A DNA stretch of 64,000 nt from Clostridiales bacterium (GTDB taxonomy: Bacteria > Bacillota > Clostridia > Christensenellales > DTU072), in the NCBI GenBank assembly GCA_012799455.1, contig JAAZLE010000014.1, positions 42,324 to 106,323 on the forward strand, in the 5' to 3' direction. The notes below the pieces were generated by a model that was given only the letters and a program-made list of their open reading frames with translations, was not told the DNA's origin and made no database searches. The position numbers and the translations under genes were made by a program. Positions 41,264 to 51,216 of the stretch are shown here, in pieces. Within the stretch, counting starts at the first letter, position 1; each line of letters opens with the position of its first letter.

Positions 41264-41289
41264 AAAAAGGCACCTTGGTAGGTGCCTTT
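41264..41289. terminator. bidirectional terminator between convergent genes
   Basis: AAAGGCACC-TTGGTA-GGTGCCTTT. Confidence 0.7.
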
Positions 41290-41318
41290 ACTAATTTCAT
41301 ATATTAACACAATGTGTT

Positions 41319-42638
41319 TTAGTCTCCAAAAAACTCATCATAAATTGCTCTTATAGATGTTTCGAAATCACTGTCTTCAACACCTACTATTATGTTAATT
41401 TCTGAAGAGCCTTGATCTATCATTCTTACGTTTACGTCTGCTTTAGCTAAAGCTGTAAAAACTCTAGCTGCCGTACCCTTTCTTCTAGCCATACCATGTC
41501 CAACAATTGCAATCAATGCTAGGTTATGTGCAACGTCAATACAGTCAGGGTTTACAGCAATTTTAATATCTTCTATGACTTTCTTTTCCGGGACTATCTC
41601 AAAGCCCTTTTCTGATAAAACTATACTCATAGTATCAATACCTGTTGGAATATGTTCTACCGATATTCCACATCTTTCTAGCACTGATAAAACGCGTCTA
41701 GCAAAACCTAGTTCGTTATTCATCATTGCCTTTTTAATGTTTATGGTAGCATTACTTTTTCTCCCTGCAATTCCTGTAACAGGATATTCCTGCATGTCTT
41801 CTCTTGAAATTTTATTCTTTATAAGTGTTCCTGGGTTTTCTGGTTCGAATGTGTTTTTAATGTTGATTGGAATGTTTGCAGATTGTACTGGAAAAACGCT
41901 ATCAGGATGCAATACGCTTGCGCCCATATAAGATAATTCTCTTAATTCCTCATAGCTAATAACGTCAATAAAGCAAGGATTTTTTACAATCCTAGGATCG
42001 GTGATAGCAACGCCATTAACATCAGTCCAATTTTCGTAAATACTTACCTTCATCGCCCCTGCTATTATAGCGCCAGTAAAGTCTGAGCCACCACGTGTAA
42101 AGGTCTTTATTTTTCCATTTGGCTTTCTACCATAAAATCCTGGAATTACAACTCCTTCCTTATTTTTTAAAGCTTTTGCAACTAGATCTTCTGTGATTTC
42201 ACTATCGTAACTTCCATCTATTTTAAACTTAATTATTTCAGCAGCATCTATAAAATCATATCCAAGATATGCAGCAATAAGTAGTCCTGATAAATATTCG
42301 CCTCTTGAAGCTGCAAAATCTGCATCTTCTGATTTGTTTATCCCTTCCTGCACTTCGTCTAAATACTTTTCTATATCAAAATCAATCTTAAGATCATCTC
42401 TTATTTCGATGTATCTCTTTCTGATAAGCTTCATTGTACTTTTGCATGTACCAGTCATTACTTTTTCATCAAAGGCACGATATAAAAGATCGGTTACTTT
42501 TTCATCATCCTTAAATCGTTTACCTGGTGCAGAAACCACCACAAACTTCCTTTCTGGATCAGAAAGTATAATATCCTTAACAAGCTCTAATGTTTTTGCA
42601 GTAGCAAGCGACGTTCCACCAAATTTACAAACTTTCAT
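41319..42638 (-). CDS. aspartate kinase (with C-terminal ACT domains)
   Basis: MKVCKFGGTSLA...VVSAPGK..., C-terminal ACT repeats; 439 aa. Confidence 0.9.
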   Translation of the reverse strand: MKVCKFGGTSLATAKTLELVKDIILSDPERKFVVVSAPGKRFKDDEKVTDLLYRAFDEKVMTGTCKSTMKLIRKRYIEIRDDLKIDFDIEKYLDEVQEGINKSEDADFAASRGEYLSGLLIAAYLGYDFIDAAEIIKFKIDGSYDSEITEDLVAKALKNKEGVVIPGFYGRKPNGKIKTFTRGGSDFTGAIIAGAMKVSIYENWTDVNGVAITDPRIVKNPCFIDVISYEELRELSYMGASVLHPDSVFPVQSANIPINIKNTFEPENPGTLIKNKISREDMQEYPVTGIAGRKSNATINIKKAMMNNELGFARRVLSVLERCGISVEHIPTGIDTMSIVLSEKGFEIVPEKKVIEDIKIAVNPDCIDVAHNLALIAIVGHGMARRKGTAARVFTALAKADVNVRMIDQGSSEINIIVGVEDSDFETSIRAIYDEFFGD

Positions 42639-42743
42639 TATTTTTCTCCTATTCTTAAATTACTAAAAAGATTAAACATACGATATTTTATATCACAAAA
42701 ATTGTCAAGTAATGTGTTACTCATTTTCAATTATATTAACTAA

Positions 42744-42774
42744 GAAACCATCCTGTAATTTTAAGGATGGTTTC
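42744..42774 (-). terminator. hairpin downstream of the DUF1015-like gene
   Basis: GAAACCATCC-N11-GGATGGTTTC. The T tails are weak. Confidence 0.45.
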
Positions 42775-42803
42775 GTTTGACTTTAATGTTACATTACAAG
42801 AGT

Positions 42804-44024
42804 TTACTTAACTATCCTTCTTCCTTCGAGATAATATCTTTTCTCTTCGGCTTCTCCTATGGAAAAGGATTTTTTAGGAAGATTTCCAACATTTACCACG
42901 AAATTAACTAGTTCTGATTTAGGAAAAGTTGGCATTACGATTCCAATTGTCCCATCTCCACCTTCTTCTACAGCTGATACTAAATGATGTTCGCTATGCA
43001 CATAGTCAACAACCATATTGGGGTTTTCCTTTAATTTTTGTTCTAAAAATTTTTGCACAAGCATTATGCCGTTACTTGCAGTTTCAGGGGCAGCTATATA
43101 CTCTTCTTGTTTGCCAACATATAACTTCATTACACCTGCACCAGTAAGCGAATCTGTTAACTCTTCTAAAAAACCTGCTGGTGGATTGTACACTATTCTA
43201 TGAATAGGATGGAATTCTCCTTCACCATATATGTTGTTAAGTTCTACTAGCATATATTTAGCAGGATGGTCTTTTTGTTCTTCCTCACTCAAAGTCTTCT
43301 TGGTTTCTTCCCAAATGCATTTTGCTGTAGCAACAGAGTGGTTTCCATCACCTATTACCATTAACACCCCTGCATCTGTGCCATACTTTTTAACTTGCGT
43401 ATCCAGATCTAATAGTTCTATTATTTTTTCAATAATTTCATCACTATTTGGAACTTCATATCCTATTATTCTTCCACCACCCATGTTAAGCTCAAAGTCA
43501 TAAAGTTTTCTAAGTTTATGTCTACTTTTATATATTGGCTCTATTATTTCTTTATCCGCATCGTCTATTAGCGCTAATGTGTGAGTAAACTCCATTGGTG
43601 CGTTTTTTCTAATTTTAATCCTTACAGGAAGTCTTTCAAGTAAAGTATCTTCGGTCGCTCTAATGGGGACTCTCACTCTATTCCAGTCATATGAGTCTAA
43701 ATCAATAGCTATCATTAGCCCTACTCTTGTTTCATGTTCCATTATTCTCTCTACAAGAATGAAATTATCAACCTCATAAAACAAATCAGAATTTACATAT
43801 TCCTCAATTTTTCTGTTTATATCCTTAATGCGCTTTTCATCATTTTGTCCTAGATAAATTTCTGGAAATACTAAGTTTAGTGTACTTTTACTATCACCTA
43901 CCAAGGTTTCAAGTTCATTCCAGTATTTAGGTTGGGCGGTAAACTGATCGCATGCTATTATCGCCCACTTGGACATATCTACATCTTTTGGAATTAGTAT
44001 TTTAGGCTTCACAATTATGCTCAT
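42804..44024 (-). CDS. DUF1015-like conserved hypothetical protein
   Basis: 406 aa. The GDGNHS motif sits where DUF1015 proteins carry DGHHR. Family call is from memory only. Confidence 0.45.
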   Translation of the reverse strand: MSIIVKPKILIPKDVDMSKWAIIACDQFTAQPKYWNELETLVGDSKSTLNLVFPEIYLGQNDEKRIKDINRKIEEYVNSDLFYEVDNFILVERIMEHETRVGLMIAIDLDSYDWNRVRVPIRATEDTLLERLPVRIKIRKNAPMEFTHTLALIDDADKEIIEPIYKSRHKLRKLYDFELNMGGGRIIGYEVPNSDEIIEKIIELLDLDTQVKKYGTDAGVLMVIGDGNHSVATAKCIWEETKKTLSEEEQKDHPAKYMLVELNNIYGEGEFHPIHRIVYNPPAGFLEELTDSLTGAGVMKLYVGKQEEYIAAPETASNGIMLVQKFLEQKLKENPNMVVDYVHSEHHLVSAVEEGGDGTIGIVMPTFPKSELVNFVVNVGNLPKKSFSIGEAEEKRYYLEGRRIVK

Positions 44025-44235
44025 ATTTTTTCTCCTGAACTTAAAATGTTTACTCTAGTTTCAATATTACTTTAAATGTCTAAACTTAACAAGCAAACTA
44101 GCCTATTAGCATTCTTCTTTGTATACATTTAAGCATATTTTTTTAAATGCTTTAAACGAGACTTTTAAATGTCTTTTTACACAACCATTTACTTCACAAT
44201 AAACCTTTTACTCCCGCTAAAACCAAACTCACTAC

Positions 44236-44265
44236 AAAAAAATGAGGCTATGTTTTAGCCTCACC
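44236..44265 (-). terminator. intrinsic terminator of cdaA
   Basis: Minus strand: GTGAGGCT-AAAACAT-AGCCTCA followed by TTTTTTTG. Confidence 0.78.
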
Positions 44266-44292
44266 TTATATTTTAAACTTTAATCTACCAAA

Positions 44293-45099
44293 TTATTTTA
44301 TTGAGCGATACTTTGCGGGTGTAGATATTTTCAATGCCTCATGTAAAATATCTCTTAGTCTATCTGGAGTTATGAACCTACGAAGCTCTCCCCTTTTTGC
44401 AATAGAGATAATACCAGTTTCTTCACTGACAATAATTGTTAACATATCGCTTTCTTCGGTAATCCCGATACCAGCACGGTGCCTAGTTCCTAAACTCTTT
44501 GATACTGTTTGTGATTGTGACAAAGGTAAAAAACAGCCTGCTGCCAAAACTTTGTTTCCCTTAATGACAGTTGCGCCATCATGGAATGGTGCTCTTGTAT
44601 TGAAAATTGCTTCCAGTAATGCAGCTGAGACAGTTGCGCCTAGTTCTACACCTGTTTCTAAAATATGGTTTGCAACCGACGTCGGAGCTATTACTATAAG
44701 CGCTCCGGTACGTGATTTAGACATCGATTGACATGCTGTAATGATTTCATCTACAGTCTTTCTCATTTCTTCGTCCGATGCGCCTGTTTCGAATTCAGTA
44801 TTTTTCTCTCTTACTTTAGTTAGGTTGAAAAACATTACCTTTAAATCCGACTGGTATACCATTATAACTGCAACAACCATGAATATTGCTATTATTTGTG
44901 AAATAGCTTTAGTAATCGGCAAAACAAAATAAAAATCTAATACTACTACCCCAACAAATATTAGGGTTGCAACACCGTAAATGGCTAGCAATAATATGCT
45001 TTTTTTCCTAATAAAAAATATTGTTAGCGCAACAAAAAGTGCTATGCAAACAATAAGATCTACTATCAAGCTACCAACGTTGTATACGGCTCCAATCAC
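44293..45099 (-). CDS. cdaA: diadenylate cyclase (membrane-bound CdaA type)
   Basis: Three N-terminal TM helices plus a DisA_N domain (TGALIVI, DGATVI, GTRHRAGIGITEESD, IIVSEETG). Confidence 0.9.
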   Translation of the reverse strand: MIGAVYNVGSLIVDLIVCIALFVALTIFFIRKKSILLLAIYGVATLIFVGVVVLDFYFVLPITKAISQIIAIFMVVAVIMVYQSDLKVMFFNLTKVREKNTEFETGASDEEMRKTVDEIITACQSMSKSRTGALIVIAPTSVANHILETGVELGATVSAALLEAIFNTRAPFHDGATVIKGNKVLAAGCFLPLSQSQTVSKSLGTRHRAGIGITEESDMLTIIVSEETGIISIAKRGELRRFITPDRLRDILHEALKISTPAKYRSIK

Positions 45100-45220
45100 T
45101 TGTTTTTGTTTCTCCTCTAAAACTTATATCCCTATTATACATATTTTATATATCAAATAAAAGCATTTTTGTATGTGACTTTTGTATATTAATGCCATTT
45201 CGGCACCCTAAATAGTGTGT

Positions 45221-45403
45221 TATGCCTATGTATTTAATATAACTCCTCACATAGCCAAGTCTAAGATTTTAATCTACGGAAGACTTTATGCCTATATCCA
45301 TTCTCACAGCTTTCAAAACATATTGGTTCTACTAATCATTAACATTATGCTTTATACCGATGTCCCTTCTTACAGCTTCAAACAACCTACCATACAAAAA
45401 AAC
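45221..45403. repeat. three degenerate tandem repeats (about 58-66 nt each)
   Basis: Units begin TATGCCTATG (45221), TATGCCTATA (45287) and TATGCTTTAT (45346). They share ...TC(A/T)CA(T/G)(A)GC(T/C)... Confidence 0.45.
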
Positions 45404-45513
45404 TAATGAATCTCGTTAATTTTCGGTCCCAATAAAACACTAATATAATCTTAACAACGCAAAAATAACGTTAATCTATGCATCCAAATCCTGCCAAATG
45501 CTTTTATTTGGTT

Positions 45514-46296
45514 TTACAAGCCATAACCCTTAAAAATATCGTCATCATCTTTTGCAACAAATATGCTAACTTGCTGGTTTGCGATATAAGTAATCTGTTC
45601 TTTTTTAGCTGTTTTATATACAAAAAAGTAAAGCAACAATAAAATAGCTATTACTAACGCTAAATTAACAGCGGAAAACACTATTTCAACAGGAACTCTT
45701 GTTTCTGCTGTAAGTGAAAGTATGAAGTTTAAACCCTTACTTATAGACTGAACAAAAGCATAAATTGTAAATAGTTTATAGTATACTGTAAAAACACGAT
45801 CGCTTCTTATGATATCGTGCTTCATAACCAAGTATGCAAGGGTATACATTGAGCTAATCGCCACTAGCAAGACCGTTTCACTGCCTACCATAAATGCTAT
45901 TCTTGTAGGCTCGTGACCAATGAAATATGTTAAATCATACGATCCCACAATAATTCTTACAAATATATAAAAAAACCTTATCGTGTTTTTGAATGTATTA
46001 TGTTGCCCTTCTACTAAAATGCCCATCCTTGAGTATCTATATAGCACATAGATAATCAATTCTAAAATTAGCCAAGAAGTCATTGTGGAAACAATAAAAA
46101 ATATAACATTATAACTATTGCCTACCGGAATTAAATCATTGAGCTTAAATTCCCTAAGCATATCCATCCCTTTATATACTGCAGTTATACTTGCATAAGC
46201 GCTTGCAATTGCAACTAGCAAAAATATTATTGGTTGTGGTAATTTACAAAATTTTTCGTTTAGCTTTTTTATCTTATCCATTATATTCCTCTTCAA
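45514..46296 (-). CDS. hypothetical polytopic membrane protein (260 aa)
   Basis: About 6-7 hydrophobic helices. No family recognised. Confidence 0.6.
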   Translation of the reverse strand: MKRNIMDKIKKLNEKFCKLPQPIIFLLVAIASAYASITAVYKGMDMLREFKLNDLIPVGNSYNVIFFIVSTMTSWLILELIIYVLYRYSRMGILVEGQHNTFKNTIRFFYIFVRIIVGSYDLTYFIGHEPTRIAFMVGSETVLLVAISSMYTLAYLVMKHDIIRSDRVFTVYYKLFTIYAFVQSISKGLNFILSLTAETRVPVEIVFSAVNLALVIAILLLLYFFVYKTAKKEQITYIANQQVSIFVAKDDDDIFKGYGL

Positions 46297-46405
46297 TTTT
46301 TAAAAAACTCTTAGTCTCTTATCCTAGCATATCTCAAGTTAATCTCTTTGCATCCTTTCCTTGTCTTCCTTATTCGGAGCAACTATATATATAATACTAA
46401 AATTT

Positions 46406-47374
46406 TTAGTTTTTAGTCATTAACTTTGCTATCACATTTTTAAAAGCAGTTACCTCATCAATCACGCCATACCTATGCAAGTACTCAGCCTCTACCAAAT
46501 CTTTGACTATATCCATAAGTTGAATTTGAGTATATTTTCTCGATAAAGTTCTTGCCACTTTAATAGAATACTCATGAACACCAAAGATTTCTGCAAGTTC
46601 AGCATCTTTTAAGTTTGATAAAGATATATGCAGCATTCTTCTATAAAAGCCAGTTAAGGAACCCCTGATTACTGCATAAGGAACCCCTTTTTCAATAAAT
46701 CTATCAAGCATCTGCCTTGCTTTTAAAAACTCATTGTTTGAAATAGCATTAGACAACTCGTATATTTGATTGTCCATAGTATTTTCCACCATAAGGTCTA
46801 CATCTTCAAATTCGATAGGTTTTCCCAGCTTATAATAGCTTAACTTTTCTAGTTCCATTGAAATCCTGCCAATGTCACCATTGCAGTATTGTATAATGGT
46901 ATCTAGTGCTTTATTGGATATACTAAGACTAAGATCTTTAGCGATTTTAAGACAAATGTTTTTAATTGTGGCAATGTTTGCTGGCTTAAAATCTATTTTA
47001 CAATCAATTTCAGTTAATACCTTTTTAATATTTGATGGTAATTTTTCATCTGTATTAATAACGACATAAACACCGTCTGGAATATTTGACAATAGTTGAA
47101 CATACGTTTTGGAGTCATCTCCCTTTTCTTTAAACTTACCATCTTCTACAAATATTACTATTGGCGAATCAAACATAGTAAATGTAGACATAGCATCTTT
47201 GAGCTCATCAGGACCTCTTAAATCCTCGATGACTTTTAAATTAAAAAACCGATGCTCTTCTGGCACTAATGACTTAAACGATCTTATAACTGAATCTCTC
47301 AAATATAAGTCATTGCCAGTCAGCATGAAAGCCCTAGAGCTTTCTTTAGTAATGTCAAAATCATATGCTTTCAT
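46406..47374 (-). CDS. holA: DNA polymerase III delta subunit
   Basis: 322 aa. MELEKLSYY...IYELSNAISNNEFLKARQMLDRFIEKGVPYAVIRGSLTGFYRRML matches the HolA domain II/III pattern. Confidence 0.72.
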   Translation of the reverse strand: MKAYDFDITKESSRAFMLTGNDLYLRDSVIRSFKSLVPEEHRFFNLKVIEDLRGPDELKDAMSTFTMFDSPIVIFVEDGKFKEKGDDSKTYVQLLSNIPDGVYVVINTDEKLPSNIKKVLTEIDCKIDFKPANIATIKNICLKIAKDLSLSISNKALDTIIQYCNGDIGRISMELEKLSYYKLGKPIEFEDVDLMVENTMDNQIYELSNAISNNEFLKARQMLDRFIEKGVPYAVIRGSLTGFYRRMLHISLSNLKDAELAEIFGVHEYSIKVARTLSRKYTQIQLMDIVKDLVEAEYLHRYGVIDEVTAFKNVIAKLMTKN

Positions 47375-47490
47375 TGTTTAATTATACAATACAGTCCCTT
47401 TAACTACAAATATTATTAACCATTCCATGCCCTATAAAACTATAGACTAGCAAAGTTTTCTATATTTTCTACTCAAACTTCAAACCATTA

Positions 47491-47518
47491 AAAAAGGTTC
47501 CGCTCTGGGAACCTTTTT
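47491..47518. terminator. terminator downstream of the acidic lipoprotein gene
   Basis: AAAGGTTCC-GCTCTG-GGAACCTTT, flanked by A5 and T5 runs. Confidence 0.72.
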
Positions 47519-47542
47519 CGTAGTATTAAATTGATATATAAA

Positions 47543-48916
47543 TTAGCCTTGTGGAGTCTCGCCTGCTGTTGGATCTTCTGCTGCTGGCTCCTCCGCTGTA
47601 GGATCTTCTGCTGCAGGTTCCTCTGCTGCTGGATCTTCTACTACTGGGTTTTCTGTAGTTGGATCTTCTTCTGTTACTTGTCCTTCATTATTCTCAGTTG
47701 TATTATCTGCATCATATGACGCTGTAGGATCAAAGTTTTTCCAGAAATTGAAGTAATCTTCAGTGGCCGTATCGCCAAAGCCTTCCCATCTAGGAACACA
47801 GACATCCGCACTTCCTTCCCCTTCAAATCTAAATCTATATCTAGACTTATTGTTTTGAGAATCTTGCTCGTATTTAATGTCAAAGTTTACTTTAAATCCG
47901 TTATTGCCTTTATCTTCGTATTCAACCTTAAGTTTATACTGATTTTTAGCACCTTGGCCTTGACCATTTCCAGATTCACTATCTACTTCTCTTTTGAACT
48001 TAAAGATTTGAGCTTCTGACAAATCGTGTCCATATACTTTAATTTCGCACTCTAACTCTCCGCTTGTATCTTTTTCAAATTTCATTGAATATCTTTGCTT
48101 AACCTTAGCGTTCTCTACAAGTGTGAATTTAAACTCTTCTTCTTTTTCGGTTCCTTCCACCTCAATTTCTTGCTCGATTTTGATATAATTATTATCATCT
48201 ATTTTTGCAATAATATCGATTTCAGTTTCAGATTCGCCATCTTTAACTTCTACGGTTTTACGCATGACAACTTCATATTCTTTTGCATCTTCTCCAGATC
48301 CTAAGACAAGCAGTCCAGTAATTACTTCAACTGTCTCGGATGCCTCGGTTTGAGCTTCATCTACATCATCGTCGTCGTCATCATCCACTTCATCAGGATC
48401 ATCAAATTCAGTCACTTGCTCTTGCTTTATTTGATCTTTTTCAGTGAAGTTTAGATATAGAACATAACTAGACTCTACACCATTTATATCCTTAATAGAT
48501 ACTGTAACTTTTGTCTCATATCCTTCCCTATCAGATACTTCTTGTACAACCCTAGGAACATTTTCACTTGCAAACATTTCAGCTGTTCTTAAGTGTCTAC
48601 GTACCTTTTCTGCAACCTCATTACGTTGCTTACGAGCCGCTGCATCTGTTCCTGATAAATCTACTTGAAAACTTAGACTGGCAAAACTTGGTTGTGCACT
48701 TACATTCTCGCCTTCAGACTGAGCTAACATATTGCCCGCTGCTACTGTTTGAGTTGCAACTGCTTTCTGATCAGATTCGGAAATTTTATTTGCAGGCTCA
48801 TTAGTTGAACCCCCACCGCCACCACCTGGCAAATTACATGCAACTACTACCAATGCGAGTATTGCAATTAATGCTACAATAAATCCTAAAAGGAAAATTT
48901 ATTGTTTTTTCTTCAT
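47543..48916 (-). pseudogene. acidic, repeat-containing lipoprotein gene with an in-frame TAA at codon 6
   Basis: GGAGG, 8 nt, then ATG AAG AAA AAA CAA TAA ATT TTC CTT TTA GGA..., giving MKKKQ*IFLLGFIVALIAILALVVVAC(lipobox)NLPGGGGG. The track ORF starts only at the TTG at 48853, inside the signal peptide. Confidence 0.5.
47571..47675. repeat. exact 30-nt-period tandem repeat (about 3.5 copies) inside the lipoprotein C-terminus
   Basis: Units start with GGATCTTCT at 47571, 47601, 47631 and 47661. They encode EDP(A/T)AEEPAA-type repeats on the minus strand. Confidence 0.85.
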
Positions 48917-49131
48917 ATAAGATACCTCCTATTTTCTTTCTAAGGTTTTTGACCTGTTATTATTCTGTCAATTTCTTGACATTTCAATTATAACATAAAC
49001 AAAAATTAATCAATATCTTTACGAATGAATGTTTAATGCATCTACTTTTCAACAATTATTCACTTGACTAAAACTAATCGACCAAATGGCGAATTATACG
49101 TGTTTTTTACAACTTTAGGCAAAAAAAACAT

Positions 49132-49146
49132 TGTAACTTAGTTACA
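49132..49146. promoter_or_regulatory. 15-bp palindrome TGTAACT-T-AGTTACA (candidate operator)
   Basis: Perfect 7+1+7 inverted repeat, about 230 nt upstream of the first esterase gene. Confidence 0.25.
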
Positions 49147-49377
49147 TTATTTACTAATTTTTACCACTCATATATTCTTAAAATCATTATGGTTTAGTGC
49201 CATTAATTCTATACATAGTGCAGTATGTTGTTTATAATTACAATCCAGCATATACGCATGTATTAGTAATTGTACTCCCTTAAGAAAGTATATATAATTA
49301 TAATAAAACATCCCCTTTAAGGTGGATGCCTAAAAAAGCAATTCAACAGTATTGTTTTGGCATGTATCAGGAGAACT

Positions 49378-50019
49378 ATGAAAAGCAACTCAACAGTAGT
49401 CATTATTGGCGACAGTATATCAGATATAAAATTTAATAGACGTGCGTGCCACTTAAAAGCGCACCCTGCATATCCAAAACAAGTTAAAGACAGACTTTCA
49501 AGAGAATATAACGCTAAGTTAATAATTACTGGCATTGCAAGTAACCGAATATATCATGTCTACGATAGATTTACAAAAGACTGTTTTTTACATAAACCAG
49601 ACTATATCGTAATGCTCATCGGTGTTAATGATGCATGGCAAATATTTAAAAAAGAAGATTACCCAATAGATAAAAATCCACAAGTAGTACGCGAATCAGA
49701 GCCATGTTTTAGAGAACTTTTACGCAGAATTAAAGATGAAATGCCTGGATGTAGATTAATAGCACTACTGCCTTTTTTAATCGATACAATCAAAGAAAAA
49801 AGATCATTTGTCCCATACTTAGAGAACATGCGAGCCATGGAAGTAAGGCTATTAAATGAATATGGATTTAAGCATATTATTGATCTACAGCAAGTTTTTA
49901 ACGAAGCTTATAGAACCTACTCCCCTAAAGAACTTGCGTCAGATGGCATTCATCCAACTAAATTAGGACATTCTATAATAGCTAGAGAAGTAATAAAAGT
50001 TTTAACTACAATCGATTAA
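49378..50019 (+). CDS. SGNH/GDSL-family hydrolase (cytoplasmic, esterase)
   Basis: VVIIGDSISD (block I), GVNDA (block III), SDGIHPT (block V). The start ATG at 49378 is preceded by AGGAGAA. Confidence 0.8.
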   Translation: MKSNSTVVIIGDSISDIKFNRRACHLKAHPAYPKQVKDRLSREYNAKLIITGIASNRIYHVYDRFTKDCFLHKPDYIVMLIGVNDAWQIFKKEDYPIDKNPQVVRESEPCFRELLRRIKDEMPGCRLIALLPFLIDTIKEKRSFVPYLENMRAMEVRLLNEYGFKHIIDLQQVFNEAYRTYSPKELASDGIHPTKLGHSIIAREVIKVLTTID

Positions 50020-50081
50020 CACGATTCTTCAATTTACAAAAACACCTTTTCTCTTCCATATATAAGCGAAAGAGGCAAGTT

Positions 50082-51098
50082 ATGAATAATAAATCCAAAC
50101 AACTTAAGCTAAAAAACCAACTTGATAAAATATCTATATTCATATTTATCACCCTGCTTGTTATTTCTCTAATATTTCTCCCTGCTTGCCATAAAACAGA
50201 AACTCAAGACAATAATGATAATAGTAATAATATCACTAATGATTTTCAAATAACAGACGATCTTCCAAAAGCAGAAAATGAAAATAAACCTGTAAAAGTT
50301 ATTTTACTTGGAGGACAGTCTAATGCATCGGGAGTTTCATCAGTAGCCTATCTATCTCAGAAAATAAATATCACCCGATACAATACTTTAAGTACTGGCT
50401 ATCCCGATGTCCTAATTAATTTTTTTAATGAAAATGGTTACAACTCTTCAAATGGTAGCTTTGTCCCTACTGGGTTTAATCAAGGCTGTACGGAGGGCTA
50501 CTTTGGTCCAGAACTAGGCTTAGCAGAATCTCTTTCTGTAGCATACCCAGATGAAACCATATTTATAATAAAATATGCTTGGGGAGGAACTAACTTATAT
50601 AATCAGTGGTTATCTCCATCTTCAGAAGGAGACACAGGTCCACTTTATACCGCATTTATTAACTTTGTGCATACTTCCATGTCATATCTTATCTCTCAAA
50701 ACTACAACGCTAAAATCGTTGCAATGTGCTGGATGCAAGGAGAATCTGATTCAGACGATGTTAACTCGCAAACATATGGCACACATACTACAAATTTTGT
50801 AAGTGATCTTCGTAGCGAATTTTCTCAATATATTTCAGAAAATGGAATGTTATTTATAGATGCTGGAATTTCAGACAGCGTATATTGGACAAACTATAAT
50901 ACCATCAACTTAGCTAAATCTGCCCACGCTAAAACATCACCTTTAAATGTCTACATTGACACAATAAAAGAAGGTCTTTCTTATAAAACAGAACCTGAGG
51001 AGACCCCTGATCTTGCCCACTACGACTCTCTAGCAGGTCTTCAGCTAGGTAATCTCTTTGCAGAAGCAATTATTTCTAAACTAAATACCATAAATTAG
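50082..51098 (+). CDS. SASA-family (sialate O-acetylesterase-like) carbohydrate esterase, lipoprotein
   Basis: Lipobox-like FLPAC. LLGGQSNASG motif and later WMQGESD. Confidence 0.72.
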   Translation: MNNKSKQLKLKNQLDKISIFIFITLLVISLIFLPACHKTETQDNNDNSNNITNDFQITDDLPKAENENKPVKVILLGGQSNASGVSSVAYLSQKINITRYNTLSTGYPDVLINFFNENGYNSSNGSFVPTGFNQGCTEGYFGPELGLAESLSVAYPDETIFIIKYAWGGTNLYNQWLSPSSEGDTGPLYTAFINFVHTSMSYLISQNYNAKIVAMCWMQGESDSDDVNSQTYGTHTTNFVSDLRSEFSQYISENGMLFIDAGISDSVYWTNYNTINLAKSAHAKTSPLNVYIDTIKEGLSYKTEPEETPDLAHYDSLAGLQLGNLFAEAIISKLNTIN

Positions 51099-51216
51099 TA
51101 AAATCATAACAACTAACATCTAAAAACATAGATGTGTCTTTTACAAAACATGAAAATACATGTAATATATACATGGGGAGAACGATTGAATAGACTAGAC
51201 TTAAGGAGAACACTAA

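Noticed and set aside
42639-42743. Lysine (L-box) riboswitch ahead of aspartate kinase
   Set aside because: Only about 100 nt separate the upstream gene's terminator hairpin from the start codon. That is too short for an L-box aptamer of about 180 nt, and no conserved L-box motifs were seen.
45215-45406. 63-aa plus-strand ORF upstream of cdaA
   Set aside because: It coincides exactly with the degenerate tandem DNA repeats, which explains its open frame. It has no RBS and no recognisable protein features.
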